The position numbers were made by a program, and so were the translations under genes. A stretch of DNA of 64,000 nucleotides from an uncultured Pseudomonadota bacterium (GTDB taxonomy: Bacteria > Myxococcota_A > Polyangia > Fen-1088): NCBI GenBank assembly GCA_963847705.1, contig CAWKBC010000034.1, forward strand, positions 192,001 through 256,000. Direction: 5' to 3'. Shown in pieces: positions 44,031 through 56,403 of the stretch; the first letter of the stretch is position 1; each line of letters begins with the position of its first letter. Below the pieces are notes generated by a model that did no database searches, was not told where the DNA came from, and saw only the letters and a list, made by a program, of their open reading frames with translations.

Positions 44031-45353
44031 CTACCGGACGACGGGATTGTCGAATATCACGCGCAGCGACACCGGCAGAGGGCGGGCCGTGGCGGGATCG
44101 GGCATCGGTGGAAACGGGGCCGCACGACGTACGGCGCGCACCGCGGCGGCGTCGAATTCCTCGAACCCGGACGACTTGATGACCCGCGGGCCATCGCCGA
44201 TTCGCCCGTTCACGTCGACCACGAACGTCACGATCGTCTCGCCCTCGAGGAGGCGGACGGCCAGCGATCTGGGAAACTCCCGGATCCGGCGGACGCGCTG
44301 GCGGATCTCCTCGACGTACCGCTCGTAGCGTCGATCGATCGTGCGCTCGTCGACCCCGCGACTGAGCTCCCGCGGATTTCGCGCGCCCAGCTCCGCGGCT
44401 GCGCTGCCGACCGCCGGCCGCGACACCACCCCGGGGCTCTGGGACGGCCCGCGCCCCTCCGCGAGCGCGATCGGTTGCGGGGCCGCCGCGCGCGAAAAAT
44501 CGGTGATCCCGGGGTGAAGCTCGGCCGAGGCCGTCCGCTCGGTGCGATCGTCGGCCGCCCGCCCCGGCTGCTCGGTGTCGAAGCTGCGCCGCCCTGCCTC
44601 GGCGTCCAGGGGGCCGACCGCGTGAGCGGCGTTGGGGTCCGGGTCGACGCGCGCCACCAGCGGCGGGGCCTCGGCGCGGGTGGCGGGCACCGCGGCGCTG
44701 GCCGCGCCGGCCGGCTCGCCCCCCAAAGACGGATCGGCGGCGGCGTTCGCCGGCGAGATCGGCGCGCGGCTCGGCGCCACGGTGCGGACGGAATCGCCGA
44801 TGCCGACGGTCGGCTCGCGACGGATGGCCTGGGGCGAGGCGCGGCGGCGCGAGATCCGCAGCCGCGCCGGTTGCGCCTCGGCCGCGCCGTCGGTGAGCCG
44901 CGACCGCAGCGTCGAGCGATCGAGCCGGAAGGCGTGGTCGAGCGGCGCTCCGCCGGCAAGCCCGCTGTCGGGCGCGGCGGCCTGGCGATCGCGGCCGTCA
45001 CTGTCGGCGGGCGCGCGGGTCCGCGCGATCGGATTGTCACGCTCGCCCGCCGGCGCGTCCCAGGGGCGCACGAGCGGCGGCGGCGCGTCCGCCGGGGGCA
45101 GCTCCGTCACCTCGATGTCGGTCGCCTCGACCGGAAGCGCGATTGGCGCCAGCGCCAGCGCCGTCGAGGGTGGCGCGACAGGGCCGGTGGCCGCTTCGAC
45201 CAGGTCGCTCGAGCGGCCATAGACGACGAAGGCGGCCAGGATACCCAGGTGGACCAGGGCGGACGCGCCCAGGGCCAACGTCCATCCGACCGACTGCCGT
45301 CGTCCGGCCGACTGCCGTTTGGCTCGCCTGGTTGTTACAAGAGCCTCGGACAT
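44031..45353 (-). CDS. TonB-family energy transducer
   Basis: TM helix SALVH, Pro/Ala linker, EGETIVTFVVD..G...SSGFEEFDAAAVRAVRRAAPFPPMP. Confidence 0.85.
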   Translation of the reverse strand: MSEALVTTRRAKRQSAGRRQSVGWTLALGASALVHLGILAAFVVYGRSSDLVEAATGPVAPPSTALALAPIALPVEATDIEVTELPPADAPPPLVRPWDAPAGERDNPIARTRAPADSDGRDRQAAAPDSGLAGGAPLDHAFRLDRSTLRSRLTDGAAEAQPARLRISRRRASPQAIRREPTVGIGDSVRTVAPSRAPISPANAAADPSLGGEPAGAASAAVPATRAEAPPLVARVDPDPNAAHAVGPLDAEAGRRSFDTEQPGRAADDRTERTASAELHPGITDFSRAAAPQPIALAEGRGPSQSPGVVSRPAVGSAAAELGARNPRELSRGVDERTIDRRYERYVEEIRQRVRRIREFPRSLAVRLLEGETIVTFVVDVNGRIGDGPRVIKSSGFEEFDAAAVRAVRRAAPFPPMPDPATARPLPVSLRVIFDNPVVR

Positions 45354-45384
45354 GAGTGGCGCTGCCCGCTGTGATGAAGGTAGC

Positions 45385-46218
45385 ATGCGCGTCCGGTCGA
45401 ACATGGATTTGGAACGCCGCCTCCTCCGCGACATGGGCCGCGCCATCGGCAATCACCACCTCATCGAGGATGGAGATCGGATCATGGTGGCCATCTCTGG
45501 AGGCAAGGACAGCTACGGCCTCCTCGTTCTGCTGCGCGCGCTGCAGGCGAGGGCCCCGGTGAGCTTCGAGCTGCTGGCGGTTCACCTGGATCAGGGGCAG
45601 CCCGGCTACGACGGCGCGCCGCTCGAACGATGGCTCCAGGCGGAGGGCGTTCCCTACAAGATCCTACGTGAGAACACCTATGCCATCGTCACCGACAAGA
45701 TCCCCGAGGGGAAGACCTACTGCTCGCTCTGCTCGCGGCTGCGGCGCGGCATTCTCTACCGGGTGGCCGGCGAGCTCGGCTGCAACAAGATCGCGCTCGG
45801 TCACCACCGGGACGACGCGCTCGAAACGCTGCTTCTGAACCTCTTCTTCGGCGGCAAGCTGGCCTCCATGCCGCCGCGCCTGGTGAGCGACGACGGACGC
45901 TTCGTCGTGATTCGCCCCCTCGCCTACGCGGCCGAGGCCGATCTGGCCGCCCTGGCCGAGCAGCGCGGCTTCCCGATCCTTCCCTGCCGGCTCTGCGGCT
46001 CGCAGGACGAGGCGCAGCGCAAGCAGATGAAGGCGCTGCTCACTGACCTCGAGCGCAAGCACCCGACGCTGCGGCAGACGATGCTCGCCGCGATCGGCAA
46101 CGTCGTTCCGTCGCACCTCTACGGCCGCGCCGAAACAACAACGCCATTCGCCGCCGCATCCGAAGCGACCTTGGCGGTTGAAACGCCCCTGATCGCCGCC
46201 TCCTCACTCCGCCGCTGA
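45385..46218 (+). CDS. ttcA: tRNA 2-thiocytidine(32) synthetase
   Basis: PP-loop SGGKDS, CSLCSRLRRG, LGHHRDD, IRPL, CRLCGSQ; start at 45385 or 45403. Confidence 0.95.
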   Translation: MRVRSNMDLERRLLRDMGRAIGNHHLIEDGDRIMVAISGGKDSYGLLVLLRALQARAPVSFELLAVHLDQGQPGYDGAPLERWLQAEGVPYKILRENTYAIVTDKIPEGKTYCSLCSRLRRGILYRVAGELGCNKIALGHHRDDALETLLLNLFFGGKLASMPPRLVSDDGRFVVIRPLAYAAEADLAALAEQRGFPILPCRLCGSQDEAQRKQMKALLTDLERKHPTLRQTMLAAIGNVVPSHLYGRAETTTPFAAASEATLAVETPLIAASSLRR

Positions 46219-46322
46219 TCGGAGGCGGGCTTTGCCCGCCGGAGACACCACCCGTCGAGCAACTCCGGGCTCGCACCACTCTCGGGGTGGGTCCGCGGGA
46301 GGGCCCACCCTCCCGCGTTCCG
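46216..46322 (-). repeat. Variant of the structured repeat downstream of lon
   Basis: Minus strand: CGCGGGAGGG-TGGG-CCCTCCCGCG hairpin, then CTCCGGCGGGC-AAA-GCCCGCCTCCGATCAG shared with the 7.2-kb copies. Confidence 0.7.
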
Positions 46323-48827
46323 TTAGGCCATGCCGGGGCGGGGCGTGACCTTGCGCCGCTCGCGCCCGCGCTCGCCCTTCGCCGTCCCGCTCGTCGGGAC
46401 GCCGGCGCCGGTGGCCTTCTTGGTCGCCGGGGGGGTGAGCGGCCGCGCCAGCGCAATCTCCAGCACCTCGTGCATGGTGCGCACCGGCCGCACCGACAGC
46501 TTGTCGGTGATGTAGCCGGGGATCTCGGTCAGGTCCGAGGCGTTGGCGGCCGGGATGATCACCGTGGTGATCCCGGCGCGCGCCGCGGCCAGCAGCTTCT
46601 CCTTCAGGCCGCCGATCGGCAGCACCTTGCCGCGCAGGGTGAGCTCGCCGGTCATCGCCACCTCGTGCCGGACCGGGATCCCGGAGATCAGCGAGACCAG
46701 CGCGCAGGCCATCGTCACGCCGGCCGACGGTCCGTCCTTCGGCACGCCGCCCGCCGGGACGTGGATGTGGATCTCGCGCCCCGCGTAGAACTCGCTGGCC
46801 AGGCCCAGCGCCAGCGCGTGGGCGCGCGCGAACGACAGCGCCGCCTGCGCCGACTCTTTCATCACGTCGCCCAGCTGGCCGGTCAGGATCAGCGACCCCT
46901 TGCCGGCCATCGTCTGCGCCTCGATCAGCAGCACCTCGCCGCCGTAGGGCGTCCAGGCCAGGCCATTGACGGTGCCGATCTCGGCGACGCGGTGGCGCTC
47001 TTCCGGCAGGTAGCGCGGCGGACCCAAAAAGGTCGGGACTTCCTCGATGCCGATCGTGGGCGCGCGCGGATTGAGCACACTGGTCGCCCCGTTGCCGTTC
47101 GCCCGCGCCGCCTCCTCCACGACCCGCCGCGCGATCTTGCGCGCCAGGTGGGCGATGAGGCGCTCCAGCTCCCGCAGCCCCGACTCGCGGGTGTACTCGC
47201 TGACGATCCGGCGGGTGACCTCGCGGCTGATGACGATCTCGTTGGCGGTCAGCCCGGCCTCGGTGATCTGCTTGGGGATGATGTAGCGCTCTGCAATGGC
47301 CAGCTTCTCTTCTTCGGCATAGCCGGAGAGCCGGATCGTCTCCATCCGGTCGCGCAGCGGCGGCGGGATCGTCTCCGGCTGGTTCGCCGTGGCGATGAAG
47401 ACCACCTTCGACAGATCGAACGACACGCCGAGGTAGTGATCGCGGAAGGTGTGGTTCTGCTCCGGGTCGAGCACCTCGAGCAGCGCCGCCGAGGGATCGC
47501 CCCGGTTGTCGGCGCCGACCTTGTCGACCTCGTCGAGCAGCAGGACCGGGTTGTTCGTCCCGGCCTGCTTGAGCGCCTGGATGAGACGTCCCGGCATCGC
47601 GCCCACGTAGGTGCGCCGGTGGCCGCGGATCTCCGCCTCGTCGCGCACGCCGCCCAGCGAGATGCGCACGAACTTCCGTCCGAGCGCCCGGGCGATCGAG
47701 CGCCCCAGCGAGGTCTTGCCGACCCCGGGCGGCCCGAGGAAACAGAGGATCGGCCCGTGCGCGCCGCCGCGCAGCTTGCGCACCGCCAGGTAGTCGAGGA
47801 TGCGATCCTTCACCTGCTCGAGGTCGTAGTGGTCCTCGTCGAGGATCTTGCGCGCCGTCTCGAGGTCGATGGTCTCCTCGCTGGAGACGCTCCAGGGCAG
47901 CTCGGTGAGCCACTCGATGTAGGTGCGCAGGACGCCCGCCTCGGCGCTCTCGGCGTGCATCTGATCGAGGCGCCGCACCTGCTTCTCGGCCTCGACGCGC
48001 GCCTCCTCGGGGAGCGCCGCCCGCGTCACCTTGGCGCGCAGCTCCTCCATCTCCTCGCCGTGCACGTCGCTGTCGCCGAGCTCGTGCTTGATCTGCCGCA
48101 GCTGCTCGCGCAGATAGTAGTCGCGCTGGGTCTTGGACATCTCCTCGCGCGCCCGGTTCTGGATCTGCGACTGCACCTCCAGGATGCCGATCTCTTTTTC
48201 CAGCGTCTGGTTGACGCGCGTGAGGCGCTGCACCGATTCGTCCAGCTCCAGCAGCTCCTGCGCCTCGGGGACCTTCAGCGTCAGGTGCGAAGCGACGAGG
48301 TCGGCCATCCGCCCCGGATCGTCGACGCTCTGCACGACCATCGACAGCTCGGGCTGGATGGTCTTGCCGAGGCCGGAGAGCTTGTCGATGTTGCCGCGCA
48401 CCGAGCGCAAGAGCGCCTCGATCCCCAGCGAGCGCGCCGGCGGCTTGTCGTCGTGGCGATCGAGCCGCACGCGATAGCAGGGGCTCTCGCCCACGAACTT
48501 CTGGATGCGCGCCCGGCAGAGTCCCTGCACCAGCACCTTCAGCCCCCCCTCGGAGAGCTTGCGCATCCGCATGATCATGCCGATGGTGCCGGCGCGATAG
48601 AACCCTTGCGCCGTGGGCTCGTCTTCCAGCGGGTCGCGCTGGGCGACCAGGAAGCAGAGACGCTCGTCGGCCTCCAGCGCCTTGGCCACCGCCTCCATCG
48701 ACACCGGCCGCGTCACCCGCAGCGGGACGATCATGTACGGGAACACGACCAGATCCCGGATGGGCAACAGCGGGAGCACATCGGGGATCACCGGGTCGGC
48801 CTGGCGACTACCCTCATGCGTCGTCAC
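46323..48827 (-). CDS. lon: ATP-dependent protease La
   Basis: LPLLPIRD N-domain, [19 protein letters not shown], catalytic PKDGPSAG and GGLKEK. Confidence 0.97.
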   Translation of the reverse strand: MTTHEGSRQADPVIPDVLPLLPIRDLVVFPYMIVPLRVTRPVSMEAVAKALEADERLCFLVAQRDPLEDEPTAQGFYRAGTIGMIMRMRKLSEGGLKVLVQGLCRARIQKFVGESPCYRVRLDRHDDKPPARSLGIEALLRSVRGNIDKLSGLGKTIQPELSMVVQSVDDPGRMADLVASHLTLKVPEAQELLELDESVQRLTRVNQTLEKEIGILEVQSQIQNRAREEMSKTQRDYYLREQLRQIKHELGDSDVHGEEMEELRAKVTRAALPEEARVEAEKQVRRLDQMHAESAEAGVLRTYIEWLTELPWSVSSEETIDLETARKILDEDHYDLEQVKDRILDYLAVRKLRGGAHGPILCFLGPPGVGKTSLGRSIARALGRKFVRISLGGVRDEAEIRGHRRTYVGAMPGRLIQALKQAGTNNPVLLLDEVDKVGADNRGDPSAALLEVLDPEQNHTFRDHYLGVSFDLSKVVFIATANQPETIPPPLRDRMETIRLSGYAEEEKLAIAERYIIPKQITEAGLTANEIVISREVTRRIVSEYTRESGLRELERLIAHLARKIARRVVEEAARANGNGATSVLNPRAPTIGIEEVPTFLGPPRYLPEERHRVAEIGTVNGLAWTPYGGEVLLIEAQTMAGKGSLILTGQLGDVMKESAQAALSFARAHALALGLASEFYAGREIHIHVPAGGVPKDGPSAGVTMACALVSLISGIPVRHEVAMTGELTLRGKVLPIGGLKEKLLAAARAGITTVIIPAANASDLTEIPGYITDKLSVRPVRTMHEVLEIALARPLTPPATKKATGAGVPTSGTAKGERGRERRKVTPRPGMA

Positions 48828-48869
48828 GCGACGACCATATCACGAACCTCTGTCGACGATAATTTTGCT

Positions 48870-50945
48870 CTATCGTCCTGGCGCCGGCACGACCTTCGGT
48901 GCCGGAGAGACGAGCCCGATCGACGACGCCGAGAGAGCCCAGAGGCGGCCGAACCCGTCGCGGGTGAGATCGCGCATGTCGTCGGGGATCACCAGCGGCG
49001 CGCCGTCGAGATTTCCGGAGGTGCGGCCCGAGGCGCCGACGATCCGCAGCCCCTTGGCGGTCGCCGCCCACAACCAGCCCGCGTCGTCGGCGGCCAGGCC
49101 GTGCACCGCCACCTTGGCCCCTTCTGCCGGGTGCCAGCTCTTGCCGTCGAAACGCGCGAGCCCTTCGGACGTCGCCGCCCAGATCGCGCCGTCGCCACCA
49201 CGGGCCACGCTCCAGCACAGCTCGCTGGCCAGCCCTTCGGCCTCGCCCCAGATGACGAGCTGCCCCTGTTGAAAGCGCGCGACGCCCGACAGCGAGGCGA
49301 ACCAGGTGGCGCCGCCGTCGAACAGCACGCCGTTCAGATCGGCGGGCAGCGGCAACGACTCGAGCGGGATCGTCTCGCCCGCCTTGCGCGGGCGATGCTG
49401 CACGGTGAGCCCCGTCTGCAGATCGATCTCCACCGCGCCGTAGCCGAGGTCCTCGCCGCTGCCGCCCGCCACCCGCAACCCGAGCCAGAGCGCGCCCGAC
49501 GGTGAGATCGCGGCGAACGAAGCCTTGGGCGTCGTCCGCGCCGGCAGCTGCAGCGGCGCGCGCACCGCCACCGTCCAGTCGTTGCTCCCCGCCGCGCGCC
49601 TGGTGATCGTCAGCCCTTTGAACGGCGTCTCGGCCGAGACTGCGAACACGTTCCCTTGATGGTCGGCGGCCACCGCCAGCACCGTCGCCCCCTTCGCCTC
49701 GCCGACGCTGGCCTTCTGGTAGTGGTCGCCGTCGGTCTGCCAGGCGTTCGGCCCGTCGGTGACGACCAGGCAATGGTCGTGCGCGCGGCAGGCGACGGTG
49801 AACCGCTCGGCGTCGCCCACCAGCTCGGACCCTTCCAGATGATGCGGGCGCCCCGCCTCAGCGCGCGCCACCCCGAGCGCGACGCTGCCGACGTAGAGGT
49901 CGGCCCCGACCGCCGCGGCCGCGGTGACCGCGCGGGGAAGCGCCAGCTCGGTGGGCGCTCCGGCCCAGTGCGCGATCTCGGTCCCCGCTTCGGAGAACCG
50001 CAGGCCCCCCGGGGGGACCGGCTCGCTCGCCTCGAGGGCGCGCAGCGCATAGGCCTGTTCGTGCCCGACCGGTCCGGCGATCAGCACCGCCTCGTTCGCC
50101 TTTTGAACCAGCGCCACGGCGTGGATCCCGATCGGCGCCTGCAGCTCGACGGTGCCGGCCAGCGTGAGCGCGTAGATCCGCGCGTCGCCGTTGACGTTGC
50201 CCGCCACCACCCGGGTCCCCGCCGCCGTCCTCGCCATCCCCAGGATCTGCTCGCACCCGACCGCCGCGCCGCCCGGCGCCGGCGTCGCGCCCTGGTCGTC
50301 GGCGCGGTAGAGGCCGCGCGCGCGCGTGCCGACCCAGGCCGTGACGCCATCGTCGTCGAGCCCCAGCCAGGTGACCGCCGTGTCCTGCAGGCCCTCGACG
50401 ATCGCCCAGCGGCGCCCATCATAATGAAACAGCCCGCCGGGGCCGCCGGCCCAGACGCCCTTGGTCTTCACCGGCCGCCGCGGCGCCAGCGTGACGACGT
50501 CGCCCGGCGAGCCTGCGGTGAGGTAGCGCGGCTCGCCCGAGCCCTGGCCTGCCTGGTCGGCGACCCAGCGCCCCGTCTCGCCGGCGCTGGCCACCCAGGC
50601 GCTCCCCTCATCGTCGACCGCGAGCGCCGTGAGCGCGCGGGTCTCCCTGGCGTCGTCACCGCCGACCACCTCGTACTCGCCGCTGCCGACATCCCAGCGG
50701 CGCAATCCGGGTGCGCCGGCCGCCCACAGGTACGGCGCCTTCGCCGCCAGCGCCGTGATGGGGCCGGTCTCGGCGCGCTCGACGACCAGGAAGTCCCCCG
50801 CCGTCGGGAGCGCCGGCCCGACACCGACGCCGGCGTGGCACGCCGGCAGCACCAGCATGGTGGCCGCCAGCATCGCCAGCGCCACGCGCTCGCCGCACCA
50901 CCCGAGACCGCCAGGCCGCATGTCCGTCGGTACTATGCCACCCAC
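48870..50945 (-). CDS. Beta-propeller (ligand-binding sensor-like) lipoprotein
   Basis: Lipobox LPAC; repeated D..G..W.AT..GL.R motifs; start uncertain (50921 possible). Confidence 0.7.
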   Translation of the reverse strand: MGGIVPTDMRPGGLGWCGERVALAMLAATMLVLPACHAGVGVGPALPTAGDFLVVERAETGPITALAAKAPYLWAAGAPGLRRWDVGSGEYEVVGGDDARETRALTALAVDDEGSAWVASAGETGRWVADQAGQGSGEPRYLTAGSPGDVVTLAPRRPVKTKGVWAGGPGGLFHYDGRRWAIVEGLQDTAVTWLGLDDDGVTAWVGTRARGLYRADDQGATPAPGGAAVGCEQILGMARTAAGTRVVAGNVNGDARIYALTLAGTVELQAPIGIHAVALVQKANEAVLIAGPVGHEQAYALRALEASEPVPPGGLRFSEAGTEIAHWAGAPTELALPRAVTAAAAVGADLYVGSVALGVARAEAGRPHHLEGSELVGDAERFTVACRAHDHCLVVTDGPNAWQTDGDHYQKASVGEAKGATVLAVAADHQGNVFAVSAETPFKGLTITRRAAGSNDWTVAVRAPLQLPARTTPKASFAAISPSGALWLGLRVAGGSGEDLGYGAVEIDLQTGLTVQHRPRKAGETIPLESLPLPADLNGVLFDGGATWFASLSGVARFQQGQLVIWGEAEGLASELCWSVARGGDGAIWAATSEGLARFDGKSWHPAEGAKVAVHGLAADDAGWLWAATAKGLRIVGASGRTSGNLDGAPLVIPDDMRDLTRDGFGRLWALSASSIGLVSPAPKVVPAPGR

Positions 50946-50999
50946 GACCCGTCAAGATCGCGCCCCGACAGATCGCGCCCCGCGCGTTAACATCCGTCC

Positions 51000-51875
51000 G
51001 TGCTGCTGGTGTCGGCCCGCCTGGTCCTCCTCGCGCTCCTGGCTGTCGTCTGCATAGCCCCCCCCTTGGCAGGCGCCGAGGTGGTCCTGGCGCCGCCTGG
51101 CCGGACCATCACCGTCATCGTGACCGACGACGTGGGCGCCCCGCTCGAGCGCGCCTTCCCGAGCGCGAGCTACGCGCGTGCCGCCGCCGCGGACGCCGAG
51201 CTGCGCTGGGACGACGCCCGGCTGCTCTACCGCCAGGCCGCCGAAGATTGGACCGCCTCTGCCCTCACCCGCCCCTCGCGCACGCTGGAGAGCGCGATCG
51301 CCAAGGCCCAGCACGAGGCGGGCCTCTCGCAAGCGCTGGCCGGGTACCAACGCCTCGGCGCCCCGTCGCTGGAACACCTTCCCGCGGAGGCGCGGCGCGC
51401 CTTCCAGCAGCGGCGGGCGCTGGAGGTCGGACGCATGCTCCGCGCGAAGCTGATGGCCACGCGCGCGGTGCTGGGCCGCGCGCCGCCGGAGCTCTACGCC
51501 CGGACGCGCGCCCGTCTCGAGGAGGCGCGCGACGCCGCCGCCCCGACCCCCGCCGCCCAGTTCCTGAACGGCGGCAGCGACGCCGAGACCGAGCTGTTGC
51601 TCTGCGCGACCTACGCCATTGGCGGAGACGCCGCCGCCGCCCGCCTCGCCCGGGCGCAGGTGCCCAGCGCCGCGCGCGCCAATCCCGCCAACGCCGTCGC
51701 CCGCGCCGCCTGCGCCGCCGCGCTGGGCGAGACCGACGCCGCCCTCGCCGCGCTGGAGAGCTTCGTGCTTCGCCCGCTGTTTCCCCGCAGCGACATCGTC
51801 CTGCGCGACGTCTATCTGGCGAACGACTGGGACCACCTGCGCGGCGACCCCCGCTTCGAGAGCCTCTTTCGGTAG
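51000..51875 (+). CDS. Secreted helical-repeat (TPR-like) hypothetical protein
   Basis: Signal peptide; C-terminal A..A.LGE.DAAL..L...DWDHLRGDPRFESL TPR-end motif. Confidence 0.65.
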   Translation: MLLVSARLVLLALLAVVCIAPPLAGAEVVLAPPGRTITVIVTDDVGAPLERAFPSASYARAAAADAELRWDDARLLYRQAAEDWTASALTRPSRTLESAIAKAQHEAGLSQALAGYQRLGAPSLEHLPAEARRAFQQRRALEVGRMLRAKLMATRAVLGRAPPELYARTRARLEEARDAAAPTPAAQFLNGGSDAETELLLCATYAIGGDAAAARLARAQVPSAARANPANAVARAACAAALGETDAALAALESFVLRPLFPRSDIVLRDVYLANDWDHLRGDPRFESLFR

Positions 51876-51946
51876 AGCTTTCGGCGGCGGTTGACCTCGT
51901 CGCCAGGGACTGCTAATTACAGCCCCCTGTCGGGCAACCGGCATCG

Positions 51947-52019
51947 GGGGCTGTAGCTCAGCTGGGAGAGCGCCTCAATGGCATTGAGGAGGCCGACGGT
52001 TCGATCCCGTTCAGCTCCA
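51947..52019 (+). tRNA. tRNA-Ala(GGC), CCA not encoded
   Basis: Acceptor stem GGGGCTG/CAGCTCC with G3:U70; D arm TAGCTCAGCTGGGAGAGC; anticodon arm CCTCA-ATGGCAT-TGAGG; GGTTCGATCC. Confidence 0.97.
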
Positions 52020-52151
52020 CGAAAACCAACTTCGCGCCGCGCTTCTGGTTTCAAGCGCCGCGAGCCGAGCCGGCAGCGACGGGAAATCGGCGCGCTGGTT
52101 TTCACCTGGTTCACTGGGACCCGGGGCGCATGATACTTTCGAGCGCATCGG

Positions 52152-52607
52152 ATGACGTGCCGGCGCAGGCAGCTGGTCGGCCTGGTCGTGCTGCTCGCGT
52201 TGGGCGTCGGGACATCCGGCTGTTCGCTGCTGTTCGTGGATGCGGCACCTCCGCGCCCGCGGCGCCCGGATTTCGACTGTACGTCGACCTACAGCGTGCC
52301 GGCCCTCGACACCGGCCTCGCGCTGCTCGGGCTCGGCTTCGTGGCGCTGAGAGGGAGCCTCACCGCCGGCGATCAGAGCCAAAATGGCGGAATCCTGCTG
52401 CTGGCGGTCAGCTCGACATTCCTCTTCTCGGCGTTTGACGGCTACCGACAGGTCCACGACTGCCGCCAGGCCCTCGAGGAAGCCGCGCCGCCACCCGAGA
52501 CGCCGCGCCACTATCGGCCGCCGCCATTTCGCCCGGCGCCCGCCGGCGTCGCGACGCCGTCGGCCCCGCCCGTTCCCCAAGAGCCCGATTCGTCCAAAGC
52601 TCCGTGA
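52152..52607 (+). CDS. Small membrane lipoprotein
   Basis: Lipobox TSGC; DCTSTYSVPALD, two hydrophobic helices, Pro-rich tail. Confidence 0.7.
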   Translation: MTCRRRQLVGLVVLLALGVGTSGCSLLFVDAAPPRPRRPDFDCTSTYSVPALDTGLALLGLGFVALRGSLTAGDQSQNGGILLLAVSSTFLFSAFDGYRQVHDCRQALEEAAPPPETPRHYRPPPFRPAPAGVATPSAPPVPQEPDSSKAP

Positions 52608-53042
52608 GCTGAAGACGCTCGTGTGATCCCATGTTCGGACGGCTTCGCGGCTGGAACCAAACGCCCATCGCCGCGACGTTGACAGACGGGGTTGGATGTT
52701 CGGCGAGCTCGGACAACCGTTTCGCCATCCACGTCTGACGTGCGCCTGCCTCCACGCGCTGGCGAATGCTGCTGACTTCGCTCAGCGCTTCTTCGAGGCG
52801 GTCAGCTGCGTGGTGTTCATCGGGTGGCTTGCGCGGCACGGTTCTGGCGCTTGGTGAGCGCTCGGTGCACGACGGCGAACGCCCTCACGACGGCGACGCT
52901 CTATCGGAAGGAGCTGCGCTCTCACTTCGTTGCGAAAGCAACAGATGTCTCACCAGATCGAAATGCATTCGAAACGCCCTATCCGGCATGATGAGAGGGT
53001 CAGTCATGCAGTCCGACGCTGGTCAAACACAAGGAGACGATC

Positions 53043-53369
53043 GTGGAGCCCGGGGGCAGTTGGGGATGGAACGAAGGTTGGTCTGGAAGAGCCAAGGAGC
53101 TGATCGAGGTCGGTAAGATCGAGCTCGGTAAGAGGTCAGCTGGCTCCGAGTGGAACGCGGAGCGCCGAGAGCGCGTCTTTCAGCAGGTGCTGGCCAGAGT
53201 CGAGCGAGGGCGAGAACGCCGACGTTTGTTGAAGGCCTACGCGGCCGGAGCGTCGACGGTCCTGATCGTCGGACTGCTCCTCAGGGTGATCGGCGTCGGG
53301 GGACCCGCGCCGGCGCGCCCGCCGGAGCTGGCGGCGCAGGCGCCGATCCAGCGTCTCGCCGCCGAGTAG
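53043..53369 (+). CDS. Small single-TM hypothetical protein
   Basis: AAGGAG SD before GTG; WNAERRERV...RRRLL followed by a TM helix, resembling an anti-sigma N-terminus. Confidence 0.6.
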   Translation: MEPGGSWGWNEGWSGRAKELIEVGKIELGKRSAGSEWNAERRERVFQQVLARVERGRERRRLLKAYAAGASTVLIVGLLLRVIGVGGPAPARPPELAAQAPIQRLAAE

Positions 53370-53394
53370 ACCCCGCCGCCGGTCCGCCGGGGCC

Positions 53395-53955
53395 TCAATG
53401 GTCCAACATCGGTCGTCCCTCGTGGGCGACCAGGAGATCGTGCATGTCGTTGGCGTGCTCTTCTTCCTGCGCGAGCACCTTCTCGAGCAGGCTCCGGGTG
53501 GTCGGATCCTTGTCGGCGAAGTAGCGGATCATGTCGCGGTAGGTCTCGATCGCGATCCGCTCGGCGACCAGGTTCTCCCGGATCATGTCGACGAGGGTCG
53601 AACCTTCCACGAACTGGGTCGCCGAGCGCCCCGAGACGCCGGCGGGATCCATGTCCGGCTTGCCGCCGAGCTGATTGATGCGCTCGGCGATCCAGAGCAG
53701 ATGCTGCTCCTCCTCCGCCGCGTGCTCCGCGAACTCCTCCTTCACGGAGTCGCTGGCCAGTCCGGTGGCGGCGACGGCGTGAAAACGATAGCGCAGCACG
53801 CAGACGATCTCGGTGGCCACCGCCTCGTTCAAGAGCGCGATGGCGGTTTCGACGTCGCCTCCGTAGTTTGGCGTGAGGGCGCCCCGTTCGAGGTGCTCGC
53901 GCGCGCGCTTGCGGATGGTCGCGATGTCCGAGGTGAAGGATCCGGTGGTCGCCAT
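53395..53955 (-). CDS. Ferritin-like (bacterioferritin-family) protein
   Basis: Di-iron ligands: ATEIVCVLRY, EEEQH, AERIAIETY, EEEH. Confidence 0.88.
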   Translation of the reverse strand: MATTGSFTSDIATIRKRAREHLERGALTPNYGGDVETAIALLNEAVATEIVCVLRYRFHAVAATGLASDSVKEEFAEHAAEEEQHLLWIAERINQLGGKPDMDPAGVSGRSATQFVEGSTLVDMIRENLVAERIAIETYRDMIRYFADKDPTTRSLLEKVLAQEEEHANDMHDLLVAHEGRPMLDH

Positions 53956-54110
53956 GGCAGCAATGTTGGGCCGCGCGCGCCACCGTCAACCTCTGCGGCG
54001 CGAGGGACCAGGCTCGAACGGAGCTCGAACGGAGCTCAAGGAAGTGGGGCCTTGGCGCCGTCGCGCCCGACGGCCTTGCCCGGGTCGGAGCGGCGCGCGA
54101 GACTCGCGCG

Positions 54111-56126
<2,016 letters not shown>

Positions 56127-56403
56127 CGCATCGGCGTCAGCTCCCTCCGTCGGAGGGGGCCAATTGACGAACCTCGATGTTCTCCAGCATCAGCGCTGTC
56201 CAGCATCAGCGCGCCCGAAGCACAATCACCGTCGCCGAGGTCGAGCTGGGTCTGGAAATCGACACCGTCGATCACCTCGAGACAGTCGCTCAACGCGACG
56301 GGCGGCTGTCCCAGATAGGGTGATTGTGAGAAGGAGGCGAAGGGGATGCAGCCGACGCAGGTCGCCGTCGACAGGATCGTGGCGGTGGGGACGGGACGAG
56401 GTT

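Noticed and set aside
46287-49505. 1072-aa plus-strand ORF and the many other long overlapping ORFs in the track
   Set aside because: Antisense or alternate-frame shadows of clear genes (here lon); expected in very GC-rich DNA, Arg/Pro-rich and without motifs
52408-52839. Minus-strand 143-aa ORF or integrase remnant after the tRNA
   Set aside because: No recombinase motifs; overlaps the better-supported lipoprotein gene by ~200 bp
53957-53975. sigma54 promoter for the ferritin-like gene
   Set aside because: Minus-strand CGGCCCAACATTGC has GG-N9-GC spacing, one base short, and abuts the start codon
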